Of a stretch of DNA of 39,697 nucleotides, positions 20,309 through 30,599 are shown piece after piece. Each line of letters opens with the position of its first letter. Within the stretch, counting starts at the first letter, position 1. A model generated the notes under the pieces. That model ran no database searches and was not told the DNA's origin. It saw only the letters and a program-made list of their open reading frames with translations. The position numbers and the translations under genes were made by a program. Origin of the DNA: Dehalococcoidia bacterium (GTDB lineage Bacteria; Chloroflexota; Dehalococcoidia; JACQUA01); contig JAUYHV010000189.1 of NCBI GenBank assembly GCA_030689845.1, positions 1 through 39,697 on the forward strand. The letters run 5' to 3'.

Positions 20309-20860
20309 ATGTCGAGAATAGGTAAAAAACCTATCACGGTTCCCGGTAACGTTAAGGTTAAGATAGAAAAAAACCGGGTAAACGTAATAGGACCAAAAGG
20401 AGAAATGACCAGGGACTTTCATCCGGATATTATCCTATCGTTGGAGAATTCCATTATTACGGTATCGCGTCCGAGCGACAACAGGAAATTGCGCCAACTC
20501 CATGGACTGACCCGGACCCTGATAGCCAACATGGTAAAAGGTGTTAGCGAGGGTTTTGAAAAGACGCTCGATATCGTTGGGGTAGGTTACAAGGGGCAGA
20601 AAATCGGGGAAAAGATTTCGTTGCAGTTGGGTTTTACAAAGCCTGTGGAGATCGACCCTCCCAAGGGGGTAAGTTTTCAATTGGATAATCCCACCAGGAT
20701 TAGGGTAGTTGGTTTCAATAAAGAGGATGTCGGGCAGGTCGCAGCCACACTAAGACGTTTAAAGCCCCCTGATCCCTATAAGAAGAAAGGGGTGACTTAC
20801 GCCGGTGAGCGGGTGAGACAGAAGGCAGGAAAAGCCGGAAAAGCAGGAGCTAAGAAATAA
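20309..20860 (+). CDS. rplF: 50S ribosomal protein L6
   Basis: [21 protein letters not shown]. Confidence 0.97.
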   Translation: MSRIGKKPITVPGNVKVKIEKNRVNVIGPKGEMTRDFHPDIILSLENSIITVSRPSDNRKLRQLHGLTRTLIANMVKGVSEGFEKTLDIVGVGYKGQKIGEKISLQLGFTKPVEIDPPKGVSFQLDNPTRIRVVGFNKEDVGQVAATLRRLKPPDPYKKKGVTYAGERVRQKAGKAGKAGAKK

Positions 20861-21237
20861 TGAAAATACCCAGAAAAAAAGAAGACTCCCGAAGCGCCCG
20901 GGCGGCGAGACATCACCGAATCAGGACGAGGGTCCAGGGTACAGCGGAAAGACCCAGGTTATGTGTATTCCGGAGTTTAAACCATGTCTATGGTCAGATA
21001 ATTGACGACGTTAAAGGAGCTACGTTGATATCCGCATCAACCCTGGATACGGAATTAAGGGAAAAAGTGAATGATATGCCCAAGAAGGACATAGCCAACC
21101 TGGTTGGCAAACTGGTAGGGCAAAGGGCTTTGGAAAAAGGAATCACTACAATTATTTTCGACCGGGCCGGGTATAAATACCACGGCAGGGTAAAGTCTCT
21201 GGCTGAAGGAGCCCGCGAAGCCGGGCTGCAATTTTAG
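20860..21237 (+). CDS. rplR: 50S ribosomal protein L18
   Basis: [28 protein letters not shown]. Confidence 0.97.
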   Translation: MKIPRKKEDSRSARAARHHRIRTRVQGTAERPRLCVFRSLNHVYGQIIDDVKGATLISASTLDTELREKVNDMPKKDIANLVGKLVGQRALEKGITTIIFDRAGYKYHGRVKSLAEGAREAGLQF

Positions 21238-21251
21238 ATACAGGATATATA

Positions 21252-21779
21252 ATGGTTTATAAATCAGGTCGTATGGGCGATTCCTCGGAGGGAAACCTTA
21301 AGGAAAAGATAATATATATCAACCGTGTTTCCAAAGTGGTTAAAGGCGGGAAAAACTTTGGTTTCAGTGCCGTAGTCGTCGTTGGGGACGGGGCGGGAAA
21401 AGTCGGGTTGGGGATTGGGAAAGCGAAGGAAGTCCCTGAAGCAATTCGTAAAGGCGGCGTTGCGGCAAGAAAAAATATGGTAACGGTACCCATGATCGGG
21501 GATACGATACCCCATGAGACCCTGGTTAAATTCAGCGCATCTAAAATACTGATGAAACCTGCGTCCCCCGGGACCGGTCTTGTAGCTGGTGGTGGGGTGA
21601 GGGCGGTACTGGAGGCGGCGGGGGTAAAAGACATTCTGACCAAGTCTCTTGGTAATCCTAATCCTGTTAACCTGGCCAAGGCAACTATTCTTGCTTTAAC
21701 CTCGTTGAAGGATCCGAGGAAACCAAGGATTCCTGGAAAACAAGATTCTGGTACGCAAAAGGTAGAAAATATTGGCTAG
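21252..21779 (+). CDS. rpsE: 30S ribosomal protein S5
   Basis: [30 protein letters not shown]. Confidence 0.97.
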   Translation: MVYKSGRMGDSSEGNLKEKIIYINRVSKVVKGGKNFGFSAVVVVGDGAGKVGLGIGKAKEVPEAIRKGGVAARKNMVTVPMIGDTIPHETLVKFSASKILMKPASPGTGLVAGGGVRAVLEAAGVKDILTKSLGNPNPVNLAKATILALTSLKDPRKPRIPGKQDSGTQKVENIG

Positions 21780-21954
21780 CTTGATTGTAACCTGGACGAA
21801 AAGTGCTATCGGGTATTCCCAGGATCAGAGAGATGCCATCCGGGCTCTCGGATTGCGGCGTCTGAACCAAAAAGTGAAGCACAAAGATAATCCCAGTATC
21901 AGGGGCATGGTAACAAAAGTACGGCACCTGGTAACAGTTGAAGAAGGAAGGTAA
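21772..21954 (+). CDS. rpmD: 50S ribosomal protein L30
   Basis: [26 protein letters not shown] start. Confidence 0.95.
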   Translation: MASLIVTWTKSAIGYSQDQRDAIRALGLRRLNQKVKHKDNPSIRGMVTKVRHLVTVEEGR

Positions 21955-21961
21955 TAGTTCT

Positions 21962-22414
21962 TTGGTACGGCAACACGAACTAAAACCAGCAGCAGACTCA
22001 AAATTCCGGCGAAAAAGGGTTGGGAGAGGTGACGGGAGCGGCCACGGTGCCTACAGCGGCAAGGGAATGAAAGGGCAAAAATCCCGATCCGGTGGGGGTG
22101 TAAGACCCGGTTTCGAAGGGGGGCAAAACCCCCTGATTAAAAAATTACCCTTTAAGAGAGGATTTACCAATCACTTTAAGAAAGAATATTCTTTAGTGAA
22201 TATAGGTCTTCTTAATGTGTTTGAAAGCGGCTCGGAAGTAACTCCCGATCGCCTGCTAAAGGCAGGCCTGGTTAAGTCATTAAGAAAACACATAAAGGTT
22301 CTGGGGAATGGCACGATAGAACATCCCCTGGTTGTCCATGCTCACAAATTTTCCAACTCGGCCAGAACCGCTTTAGAGGCTGTGGGGGGAAAAGGAGTTG
22401 AGCTTAAGGAATGA
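21962..22414 (+). CDS. rplO: 50S ribosomal protein L15
   Basis: [25 protein letters not shown]. Likely TTG start at 21962. Confidence 0.96.
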   Translation: MVRQHELKPAADSKFRRKRVGRGDGSGHGAYSGKGMKGQKSRSGGGVRPGFEGGQNPLIKKLPFKRGFTNHFKKEYSLVNIGLLNVFESGSEVTPDRLLKAGLVKSLRKHIKVLGNGTIEHPLVVHAHKFSNSARTALEAVGGKGVELKE

Positions 22415-23739
22415 GACAGAGGGGCGCAACATCCAGGCTAATCAAGGCTATGATGGATGCCTTCGGTCTCCCGGACCTGAGGCGAAAACTTCTATTTACA
22501 CTCCTCATCCTGGTTATATTCCGGTTTGTGGCACACGTTCCCCTTCCCGGCGTTAATCTCGATGCCCTCAAGGACCTTTTTGAACGAAACCAGTTATTAG
22601 GAATGCTGGACCTTTTCAGCGGCGGCGCCATGAGGAATTTCAGCGTTGCCGCGATGGGCGTTTACCCCTACATTACCTCCTCGATTATCATGCAATTGTT
22701 AATACCCGTTATCCCCAGCCTTGCTGCCCTGTCCAAGGAAGGAGAGGCCGGCCGTAACAGACTAAATGTTATTACCCACTGGGTGACTGTTCCCTTAGCT
22801 GCTTTACAGGGATACGGGCAACTGGTTATTTTAAACAACGAAGGAATTCTCACGGGTGTAGGTATTGGCCTTACCGGCGAAAGACTGTTCCCCACTGTCG
22901 CAATGGTTTTCACGATGATTGCAGGTACGATGTTCCTGGTATGGCTCGGAGAATTGATCACCGAGCGCGGAATCGGGAACGGAATTTCCATACTTATATT
23001 CGGCGGAATAGTCTCCGGACTGCCAGGGATGATCGGGAGGTCTTATTTAACCAGGGGAAACCTTATTAGTTTGTTTGCTTTTGTGGTCCTCGGTTTAATG
23101 CTGATACTCGTAATCGTTATAGTCACCCAGGCACACCGGCGTATTCCGGTTCAGTATGCCAGGACGGTTTTCCAGCGGGGAAGAATGATGCGGCAGGGGG
23201 GATCAACCTATATTCCCCTGAGAGTAAACAGCGCGGGAATGATACCGTTGATTTTTGCAATGTCGGTTATGATCTTCCCCGGCACGGTTGCCAGCTATTT
23301 CGTAAATAGTTCCGGCTTTGTCGGTAGCGCAGCAAATTTTATCCGGAATTTGTTTGACGGAGCTAACTTATTTTACTGGGCCAGCTACGGCTTACTGGTG
23401 CTTGCTTTTGCTTTTTTCTATACCATGGTAATTTTTCAACAGCAAAACCTGGCCGAAACTCTTAAAAAACAGGGCGGTTTTATACCGGGTATAAGACCCG
23501 GAAAATTTACCGAAGAATATCTTAACCGGGTTATCAACCGCATCACCTGGGGTGGAGCGGTATTCCTGGCTTTAGTGGCCGTTTCACCATACTTGGCACA
23601 GATCGGAACCGGGACGGCAGGGCAGGTATTGCAGTTGTCCAGCACAGGGTTGCTCATTGTGGTAGGTGTTGTCCTGGATACTATGAAGCAGCTCGAGGCG
23701 CAGCTTCTCATACGGCATTACGAAGGGTTTATAAGATAG
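22411..23739 (+). CDS. secY: Preprotein translocase subunit SecY
   Basis: [33 protein letters not shown]; ten hydrophobic segments. Confidence 0.98.
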   Translation: MRQRGATSRLIKAMMDAFGLPDLRRKLLFTLLILVIFRFVAHVPLPGVNLDALKDLFERNQLLGMLDLFSGGAMRNFSVAAMGVYPYITSSIIMQLLIPVIPSLAALSKEGEAGRNRLNVITHWVTVPLAALQGYGQLVILNNEGILTGVGIGLTGERLFPTVAMVFTMIAGTMFLVWLGELITERGIGNGISILIFGGIVSGLPGMIGRSYLTRGNLISLFAFVVLGLMLILVIVIVTQAHRRIPVQYARTVFQRGRMMRQGGSTYIPLRVNSAGMIPLIFAMSVMIFPGTVASYFVNSSGFVGSAANFIRNLFDGANLFYWASYGLLVLAFAFFYTMVIFQQQNLAETLKKQGGFIPGIRPGKFTEEYLNRVINRITWGGAVFLALVAVSPYLAQIGTGTAGQVLQLSSTGLLIVVGVVLDTMKQLEAQLLIRHYEGFIR

Positions 23740-23746
23740 GGGCTTT

Positions 23747-24388
23747 ATGAATCTTATTTTATTAGGAGCCCCGGGAGCAGGGAAAGGAACACAGGCGGCC
23801 TATTTATCAGCAGAATTCGGCATAGCTCATATTGCTTCGGGTGATTTGTTCCGGAAATATGCAGCCCAGGGCACAAAACTGGGTCTTGAAGCGAAGTCAT
23901 ACATGGATAAAGGGCAGTTGGTACCCAACCCCATTACGATAAACATGATCCTGGAACGGGTTGCTGACAAGGACTGTGCCGCGGGATTTCTTCTCGACGG
24001 ATTTCCCAGGAATATCGAACAGGCTGAAGCCCTGGACGCAGCTTTAAAAAAAACCGGGAAAATCATTGACAGGGTTGTTTATATAAAGGTTTCCAATGAT
24101 GAACTGTTGAAACGTTTGAGCGGCAGGTGGATTTGTAGGGACTGCCAGACACCTTATCACGAGGTTAACAACCCACCCAAAACCAAAGGAAAATGTGATA
24201 AGTGCAGCGGAGAACTTTACCAGAGGGACGACGACAAACCGGCAACAATACAGAATCGCCTTGTAGAGTTCAACAAGCAAACGGAACCCCTTATTGAATA
24301 TTACACAAAAAAAGGCAACCTGGTAGAAGTTAACGGGACCCAGACACCTGAAAAAGTCTGGCTTGATATAAAAGCCATGGTGAGTTGA
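23747..24388 (+). CDS. adk: Adenylate kinase with zinc LID
   Basis: GAPGAGKGTQ, LDGFPR, CRDC...CDKC, QRDDD. Confidence 0.98.
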   Translation: MNLILLGAPGAGKGTQAAYLSAEFGIAHIASGDLFRKYAAQGTKLGLEAKSYMDKGQLVPNPITINMILERVADKDCAAGFLLDGFPRNIEQAEALDAALKKTGKIIDRVVYIKVSNDELLKRLSGRWICRDCQTPYHEVNNPPKTKGKCDKCSGELYQRDDDKPATIQNRLVEFNKQTEPLIEYYTKKGNLVEVNGTQTPEKVWLDIKAMVS

Positions 24389-24525
24389 TAGTACAGACCC
24401 TTTAAAGTAGCGTGAACGTTACTACGGGGTTGGAAAACGGATAGGACGAGGTTCGATGATTCTCGGGACTATAAAAGCTTGCTATCCGGTTTTTCGCTTG
24501 GCAAGGAATCACTGAATACAAATCA

Positions 24526-25275
24526 ATGGGAATAATAATTAAATCAGAAAATGAAATTACCCTTATGAGGCAAGCAGGAAAAATTGTCGCCAGGGTTCTG
24601 GATAAGCTGACCGGCCTGATTAAACCCGGCATCAAAACCCAGGAGTTGGACGTGATTGCGGAGGAAGAAATCCTGAGACTCGGCGGGATTCCCTCTTTTA
24701 AGGGATACCGCTCTTACCCGGCTACTTTATGTGTATCCATTAACGATGAAATTGTTCATGGTATTCCGGGGAACCGGGTATTAAAGGAAAGCGATCTTGT
24801 TTCCCTGGATGTCGGTGCCATATATAAAGGGTACCAGGGGGATGCTTCGATAACTGTGGGGATCACCCCCGTATCCGAAACAGGGAAGCGGCTTTTAGAA
24901 ACGACAAAGGGTGCTTTGGCGGAAGGAATCAGGGTTGCCCGGGCAGGAGTTCACGTTGGGGACCTATCGAATGCCATCCAATCCTATGTGGAAAAAACAG
25001 GTTTTTACCTGGTTAAAGAATACTCCGGGCACGGGATCGGGGCAAACCTTCACGAAGACCCCCAGGTTCCGAATGTAGGGGTAAAAGGGGAAGGCCCGGT
25101 TTTATATCCCGGAATGACCCTGGCAATAGAACCCATGGTAAACACGGGTACCTGGCGGACCAGGATCGCCAAGAACATGTGGACCGTTTTGACGGCCGAC
25201 GGCGGTCTTTCAGCCCACTTCGAACATACGATTGTCATCACAAAGAACGGGGCCGAGATACTGACAGCTCTTTAA
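24526..25275 (+). CDS. map: Methionine aminopeptidase type I
   Basis: CVSINDEIVHGIP, GHGIG..LHEDP, AIEPMV, SAHFEHT. Confidence 0.98.
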   Translation: MGIIIKSENEITLMRQAGKIVARVLDKLTGLIKPGIKTQELDVIAEEEILRLGGIPSFKGYRSYPATLCVSINDEIVHGIPGNRVLKESDLVSLDVGAIYKGYQGDASITVGITPVSETGKRLLETTKGALAEGIRVARAGVHVGDLSNAIQSYVEKTGFYLVKEYSGHGIGANLHEDPQVPNVGVKGEGPVLYPGMTLAIEPMVNTGTWRTRIAKNMWTVLTADGGLSAHFEHTIVITKNGAEILTAL

Positions 25276-25378
25276 TGTCGAATATAAAGGGGAATCGCCA
25301 TAGATAGAGGAGTTTTGGAAAAGGACCAAAGCAAACATAATGTTTGCAAGAATGGCTTATTAAGCGTAAAATTATCAT

Positions 25379-25597
25379 ATGCCTAAAAAAGATTCCATCG
25401 AAGTAGAAGGTATAGTAATTGAGAGTTTGCCTAATGCCGTTTTTAAGGTCGAGTTGGCTAATGGGCACAAAGTACATGCCCACATTTCCGGGAAAATTCG
25501 CCTTCATTATATAAAGATTCTTCCTGGAGACAAGGTCCTGGTGGAACTTTCACCCTATGATTTAACCAGAGGGCGTATCACCTATCGCCTCAAATAG
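25379..25597 (+). CDS. infA: Translation initiation factor IF-1
   Basis: [28 protein letters not shown]. Confidence 0.98.
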   Translation: MPKKDSIEVEGIVIESLPNAVFKVELANGHKVHAHISGKIRLHYIKILPGDKVLVELSPYDLTRGRITYRLK

Positions 25598-25612
25598 ACA
25601 AGGATATTAAAT

Positions 25613-25726
25613 ATGAAAGTTAAAGCTTCGGTTAAAGCCCGATGTGAAAAATGCAAGATAATAAAGCGCAAAGGCGTGGTAAGAGTTATTTGCTCGAATC
25701 CCAGGCATAAGCAGAGACAAGGTTAA
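25613..25726 (+). CDS. rpmJ: 50S ribosomal protein L36 (zinc type)
   Basis: Hand translation (below ORF-track cutoff): [37 protein letters not shown]. Confidence 0.97.
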   Translation: MKVKASVKARCEKCKIIKRKGVVRVICSNPRHKQRQG

Positions 25727-25757
25727 AGGAAAAAGAGGTTAGAAAGGCGAATTCGTT

Positions 25758-26144
25758 ATGGCTCGTATTGCTGGTGTAGATTTACCTGCCAACAAACAGG
25801 TTGAATATTCCCTACAGTATTTATATGGATTAGGTCCCAGCCTCAGCAAACAGATACTGCAAAGGCTCAATGTAAACCCGGCAATCAGGGTTAAGGACCT
25901 CAATGAAGATGAAATAAACCGCATACGCGAACTTATCGACAAGGAATACAGGGTCGAAGGTGATCTGCGCAAAGAAGTCGGACTCAATATTAAACAGCTC
26001 ATTGAAATCGGCTCATACCGTGGTCTCAGGCACCGCCGCGGGTTACCCTGTCGCGGCCAGAGGACGCGGACGAACAGCAGAACCAAGCGGGGAGCGAGGA
26101 AGACTGTTGCGGGGCGCGGACGCAGGCCGGGAGCAAAGAAATAG
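25758..26144 (+). CDS. rpsM: 30S ribosomal protein S13
   Basis: [29 protein letters not shown]. Confidence 0.98.
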   Translation: MARIAGVDLPANKQVEYSLQYLYGLGPSLSKQILQRLNVNPAIRVKDLNEDEINRIRELIDKEYRVEGDLRKEVGLNIKQLIEIGSYRGLRHRRGLPCRGQRTRTNSRTKRGARKTVAGRGRRPGAKK

Positions 26145-26171
26145 GCAAATTATTTTCATAGGGGATTATTT

Positions 26172-26567
26172 ATGGCAATCAAAAAAGTTAAAACGCGGAC
26201 CAAGAAAAAGGAACGAAAGTCTGTACCGAGGGGTAAGGCTTACATACAGTCTACCTTCAATAATACTATTATCACCTTAGCCGATACTGAAGGCAACGTG
26301 ATTGCCTGGGGAAGCGCCGGAACTGCCGGATTCAAAGGGTCCAGGAAAGGGACCCCGTTCGCTGCCCAGATTGCGGCGACCGAAGTAGCCAAAAAGGCCA
26401 TCGAACACGGGATGCGTCAGGTTGAGATATTCGTAAAAGGACCTGGAAGCGGCCGTGAGGCAGCTATTCGCTCTTTGCAGGCCGGCGGCCTCATGATAAC
26501 AGGAATTAGGGACGTGACTCCTACTCCCCATAACGGATGCCGTCCCCCGAAAAGAAGAAGGGTATAG
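26172..26567 (+). CDS. rpsK: 30S ribosomal protein S11
   Basis: [28 protein letters not shown]. Confidence 0.98.
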   Translation: MAIKKVKTRTKKKERKSVPRGKAYIQSTFNNTIITLADTEGNVIAWGSAGTAGFKGSRKGTPFAAQIAATEVAKKAIEHGMRQVEIFVKGPGSGREAAIRSLQAGGLMITGIRDVTPTPHNGCRPPKRRRV

Positions 26568-26573
26568 TAAAAC

Positions 26574-27200
26574 ATGGCTCGTTATATTGATGCTGTATGC
26601 CGCCTTTGCCGGCGGTCAGGACAGAAACTAATGCTCAAGGGGGAGAGATGCTTCACGCCGAAGTGCGGCGTTGAAAGACGGAGTGCGCCGCCGGGGCAGC
26701 AGGTGCAAAGGCGCCGCAAGGTATCAGACAGGGGTATCCAGCTCCGGGAGAAACAAAAAGCCCGTTATATTTATGGATTACTGGAACGCCAATTCAGGAA
26801 GACTTTCAGAGAAGCTGAAAGGAGACCGGGCAAGACAGGCGAAAACCTGCTTCAGTTGCTGGAAACGCGATTCGATAGTATTGTATTGCAACTGGGTTTC
26901 GCTGATTCCCGCGCCCAGGCAAGGCAGATTGTTAGGCACGGGCACCTGACTGTGAACGGAAAAAGAGCTAATATACCGTCCATGAGGCTAAATGCTGGAG
27001 ATACCATCGGTTGGCGGGAGGGAAGCAAAAAGAGTGAATACTTCAAGGAGTTGGTCGAGACGATTAAGTCGAAGTCGTCTCCAGACTGGCTCAGCGTTGA
27101 CAAGGAAAACATTTCAGGCAGGGTAATTTCATTGCCCACGGGAGAAGATTTCCAACCAACGTTCGATGAAAGCGTAATTATTGCTTATTACTCCCGTTAG
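26574..27200 (+). CDS. rpsD: 30S ribosomal protein S4
   Basis: MARY, CRLCRR...C....C zinc motif, QLREKQK, ARQIVRHGH. Confidence 0.98.
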   Translation: MARYIDAVCRLCRRSGQKLMLKGERCFTPKCGVERRSAPPGQQVQRRRKVSDRGIQLREKQKARYIYGLLERQFRKTFREAERRPGKTGENLLQLLETRFDSIVLQLGFADSRAQARQIVRHGHLTVNGKRANIPSMRLNAGDTIGWREGSKKSEYFKELVETIKSKSSPDWLSVDKENISGRVISLPTGEDFQPTFDESVIIAYYSR

Positions 27201-27263
27201 GGGTTTAATTAACCACACTAATATTTTTATTTTGAATACCTTCATATTTTGAGGTGATTAATA

Positions 27264-28340
27264 TTGTCTAAAGATTTTGTTCTACCCATTGTTGAGTGCA
27301 CTGAAAGTTCCCAGGACTATGGGCGAATAGTCGCCGCACCCCTGGAAAAAGGGTTCGGTGTGACCCTTGGTAATACGTTGAGAAGGATATTGCTCAGCTC
27401 CCTGCCTGGTGCTGCGGTCACCTGGATAAAAATAGACGGGGTTGAACACGAGTTCTCAACCATACCGGATGTAAAAGAGGATACTTTGCAGTTTATCCAG
27501 AACATTAAAGGCCTGAGATTTAGATTTTTAAGCGACCGACCTGGCAAGTTGATGCTCAATGTTTCCGGACAGGGTATTGTTACCGGCGCAGACATAAAAA
27601 CGACTGCGGACTATGAATTAGTCAATCCTGGTTTATACTTGGCTACCATGGATTCCAAGAACTCAAAGCTTTCGGTGGAGATGAACGTGGAAACAGGGAG
27701 GGGTTATTTGCCAGCCGACCACAGCGACGAAGGATTGTCCGTGGGTTCAATACCCATTGACGCTATATTTTCCCCTGTGCGCAAAGTAGATTACAAGGTA
27801 GAACCAACACGGGTGGGTCAGGAAAGCACCTATGAAAAACTTGTCCTGGAAGTCTGGACTGATTTATCGGTTTCGGCTGTTGAGGCTTTAAGTCAAGCTG
27901 CTCAAATTATGATAGACCAGTTATCTAATTTTGCCGAACTGGTAAAAGTATCGATAAAAGCTGCTGAAAAACAAATGTTACAAAGTTACCTTCCTCCCGA
28001 CCAGTTCAATAAACCCGTTGGGGAAATCGGTTTCTCTACCAGGACGTTAAACTGTTTGAGGAGAGGTGGAATAACTATCCTGGGTGAGCTTTTGAGCAAG
28101 AGCGAGTCAGACCTGAACCAGTTGAGGCACTTCGGACAGAAATCAAGGGATGAACTGATGCAGCGACTTCAGGAACTTGGCTTTTCCTTGATGAGCGAAG
28201 GGGAAGAAAAACCCCCGGTTATAATATCGGAACTTGAAAAGCTGAAGGAACTGGGAGTGCTGACGGTCACCGAGGATGAGTCTGAAGAACCTGTAAGTGA
28301 AGATACCGGGGATAAAGAGGAGGAACCGGCTTCAGAGTAG
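27264..28340 (+). CDS. rpoA: RNA polymerase subunit alpha
   Basis: GFGVTLGNTLRRILLSSLPG, DAIFSPV, STRTLNCL. TTG start with GAGGTG SD. Confidence 0.98.
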   Translation: MSKDFVLPIVECTESSQDYGRIVAAPLEKGFGVTLGNTLRRILLSSLPGAAVTWIKIDGVEHEFSTIPDVKEDTLQFIQNIKGLRFRFLSDRPGKLMLNVSGQGIVTGADIKTTADYELVNPGLYLATMDSKNSKLSVEMNVETGRGYLPADHSDEGLSVGSIPIDAIFSPVRKVDYKVEPTRVGQESTYEKLVLEVWTDLSVSAVEALSQAAQIMIDQLSNFAELVKVSIKAAEKQMLQSYLPPDQFNKPVGEIGFSTRTLNCLRRGGITILGELLSKSESDLNQLRHFGQKSRDELMQRLQELGFSLMSEGEEKPPVIISELEKLKELGVLTVTEDESEEPVSEDTGDKEEEPASE

Positions 28341-28440
28341 CAGGTTTCTCGAATATTGTCGGCGGGATAAGGAAAACGCCCTGTTTCTGTTCAGCCTGAC
28401 ATCGTTTTTAAAGAGATAATAATTCTGGAGAATTTATATT

Positions 28441-28794
28441 ATGAGGCACAAAATAAGCGGCAGGAAATTTGATAGGCCAACGAACCAGAGGCTTGCTCTG
28501 TTCAGGGGCCTCGTGCGTGAATTGCTGAAACATGAAGCAATCAAAACGACGGAAGCAAAAGCTAAAGAACTCCGCAGTTTTTGTGACCCAATTATTACCC
28601 TTGGCAAGGACGGGAGTCTTCATGCCCGGAGGCAAGCCCTGTCTTTTGTACAGGATACAAAAGTCGTCGATAAGGTTTTCAGTGAATTAGGTCCCCGGTT
28701 TGCCTCCAGGCCTGGCGGGTATACAAGGATAATAAAACTGGGACCAAGGCTGGGGGACGGGGCAATGATGGTAAAAATAGAACTCGTAAAATAA
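28441..28794 (+). CDS. rplQ: 50S ribosomal protein L17
   Basis: [25 protein letters not shown]. Confidence 0.98.
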   Translation: MRHKISGRKFDRPTNQRLALFRGLVRELLKHEAIKTTEAKAKELRSFCDPIITLGKDGSLHARRQALSFVQDTKVVDKVFSELGPRFASRPGGYTRIIKLGPRLGDGAMMVKIELVK

Positions 28795-28823
28795 ACGCAG
28801 AGGGTATGTAGAAAAGTCTATCC

Positions 28824-29618
28824 ATGGATACAACAGTTTTACCGGGGCCTGAGGGAATTGCCAAGTTAGCTCTTGTTATTGAGTACGACGGCAGCAATTA
28901 CCACGGTTTTCAATTTCAGCCAGCAGTTCCGACCGTTCAGGGGGAGCTCGAGGAGGCGATATTTAAGACCACCCGGGAAAGAATAAGGGTGCTGGCTGCC
29001 AGTCGTACCGATGCGGGCGCTCATGCCAGGGGGCAGGTCGCCAGCTTCAGGACCAAATCCAAATTAACCCCGGAAACCATGGTTCGGGCGCTGAATTACT
29101 ATCTGCCGGAGGATATCGTTGTAAAAAGGGCTTACAAAATTGACCTGGAATTTAATGTCCAGAGAAACGCTGTAAGCAGGGAATACCATTATTACATGCT
29201 GGATAGTGAAGAGGGCTCGGCACTGTGGAGGAAGTATGCCTACGTGGTTCCGCAGAGACTGGATGTTAGAGCCATGGAACAAGCCTGTACCTCGCTGGTA
29301 GGATGTCATGATTTTATGGGATTCACAAGCGACCTCGGATCCCAGGCATCCAGCACGGTTCGCACGGTGTACCACGCATCATTCTATCAAGATTCGCCTT
29401 TTATAATATTTAAAATAATAGGAAGTTCTTTTTTACCGCATCAGATCCGGCATATTGTGGGATCCCTGGTGACGGTAGGGAAGGGTAAAGCGAATACCGA
29501 TTATATTAAAAATATACTGGAAGCCGGGAAAAGAGGTATAATTAAAAATAGCGCTCCCGCCAACGGCTTGTATTTAATGCAAGTAAAGTATAATGACTAT
29601 CTGGAGAATTACTCGTGA
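28824..29618 (+). CDS. truA: tRNA pseudouridine(38-40) synthase TruA
   Basis: [34 protein letters not shown]. Confidence 0.95.
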   Translation: MDTTVLPGPEGIAKLALVIEYDGSNYHGFQFQPAVPTVQGELEEAIFKTTRERIRVLAASRTDAGAHARGQVASFRTKSKLTPETMVRALNYYLPEDIVVKRAYKIDLEFNVQRNAVSREYHYYMLDSEEGSALWRKYAYVVPQRLDVRAMEQACTSLVGCHDFMGFTSDLGSQASSTVRTVYHASFYQDSPFIIFKIIGSSFLPHQIRHIVGSLVTVGKGKANTDYIKNILEAGKRGIIKNSAPANGLYLMQVKYNDYLENYS

Positions 29619-30106
29619 AGACTTATTCTATTAAGGCTAAAGATATTCAAAGAGAATGGCATGTCGTAGATGCCTCCGGGCAGGTCCTTGGAAGGCTGGC
29701 AACGAGAATTGCGCAGGTGTTGATGGGGAAAAACAAGCCTGTATTCACCAGACATTTGGATACAGGTGACTACGTAGTTGTGGTAAACGCAGCGAAAATA
29801 CGTGTTACCGGTACAAAAGAAAAAAATAAATTATATTACAGGCATTCCGGTTATCCCGGTGGATTAAAATCAGTCACTTATGGGGATATGGCGGCAAAAC
29901 ACCCCACGAGACCCCTGGAAAAGGCCGTTAAGGGAATGTTGCCCCATAACCGCCTCGGGGCAGCAATGTTCAAAAAACTTAAGGTATATGCCGGTGACAG
30001 TCACCCTCATGGTGGACAGGTATCTGGAAGCTTGCCGTCAGTAAATGAAACAACCGTTGCCGGGGATAACACCGTGGCAGGAAGCGGAGAAGCGGCGCCG
30101 GCGTAG
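29615..30106 (+). CDS. rplM: 50S ribosomal protein L13
   Basis: [30 protein letters not shown] start overlapping the truA stop. Confidence 0.98.
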   Translation: MKTYSIKAKDIQREWHVVDASGQVLGRLATRIAQVLMGKNKPVFTRHLDTGDYVVVVNAAKIRVTGTKEKNKLYYRHSGYPGGLKSVTYGDMAAKHPTRPLEKAVKGMLPHNRLGAAMFKKLKVYAGDSHPHGGQVSGSLPSVNETTVAGDNTVAGSGEAAPA

Positions 30107-30193
30107 GCTTTTCATGCCTAAGTAAAAAATAATAATTAAAATATATGTTTCACCGAAAGGTGAGGTTATACTATTTAAAGGGAGACGCAGCTA

Positions 30194-30589
30194 TTGAAGG
30201 AACAAGCTTATAATTACGGGTTAGGACGGCGTAAATGTGCTATTGCCCGAACCAGGGTAAGCAAAGGTACGGGTCTAATTAACATAAACGACAAACCTTT
30301 AGAACAATATTTCCCCGACCTCGTGCAACAGACTACAGTGTTGCAGCCCCTGGTTGTAACTGACAATAAAGACAAATTCGATATAACAATAAAAGTTGTT
30401 GGCGGTGGTACTTCGTCACAGGCAGGGGCGATACGCCACGGTATCAGCCGAGCTCTTGTACGGGGTGATGAGTCCGTAAAACCGGTATTGAGGCAGCATG
30501 GTTTTCTGACCCGGGACGCGCGTGTTAAGGAACGCAAAAAGTACGGATTGAAAAGGGCTCGAAAAGCTCCCCAGTATACCAAGCGTTAA
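30194..30589 (+). CDS. rpsI: 30S ribosomal protein S9
   Basis: GRRK, GGG...QAGAIRHG, LTRDAR.KERKK, APQYTKR. TTG start. Confidence 0.98.
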   Translation: MKEQAYNYGLGRRKCAIARTRVSKGTGLININDKPLEQYFPDLVQQTTVLQPLVVTDNKDKFDITIKVVGGGTSSQAGAIRHGISRALVRGDESVKPVLRQHGFLTRDARVKERKKYGLKRARKAPQYTKR

Positions 30590-30599
30590 ATGCGGGGAT

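Noticed and set aside
24445-24470. GGTTCGA resembling a tRNA T-loop
   Set aside because: No cloverleaf, acceptor stem or anticodon arm can be built; kept only as part of a structured spacer.
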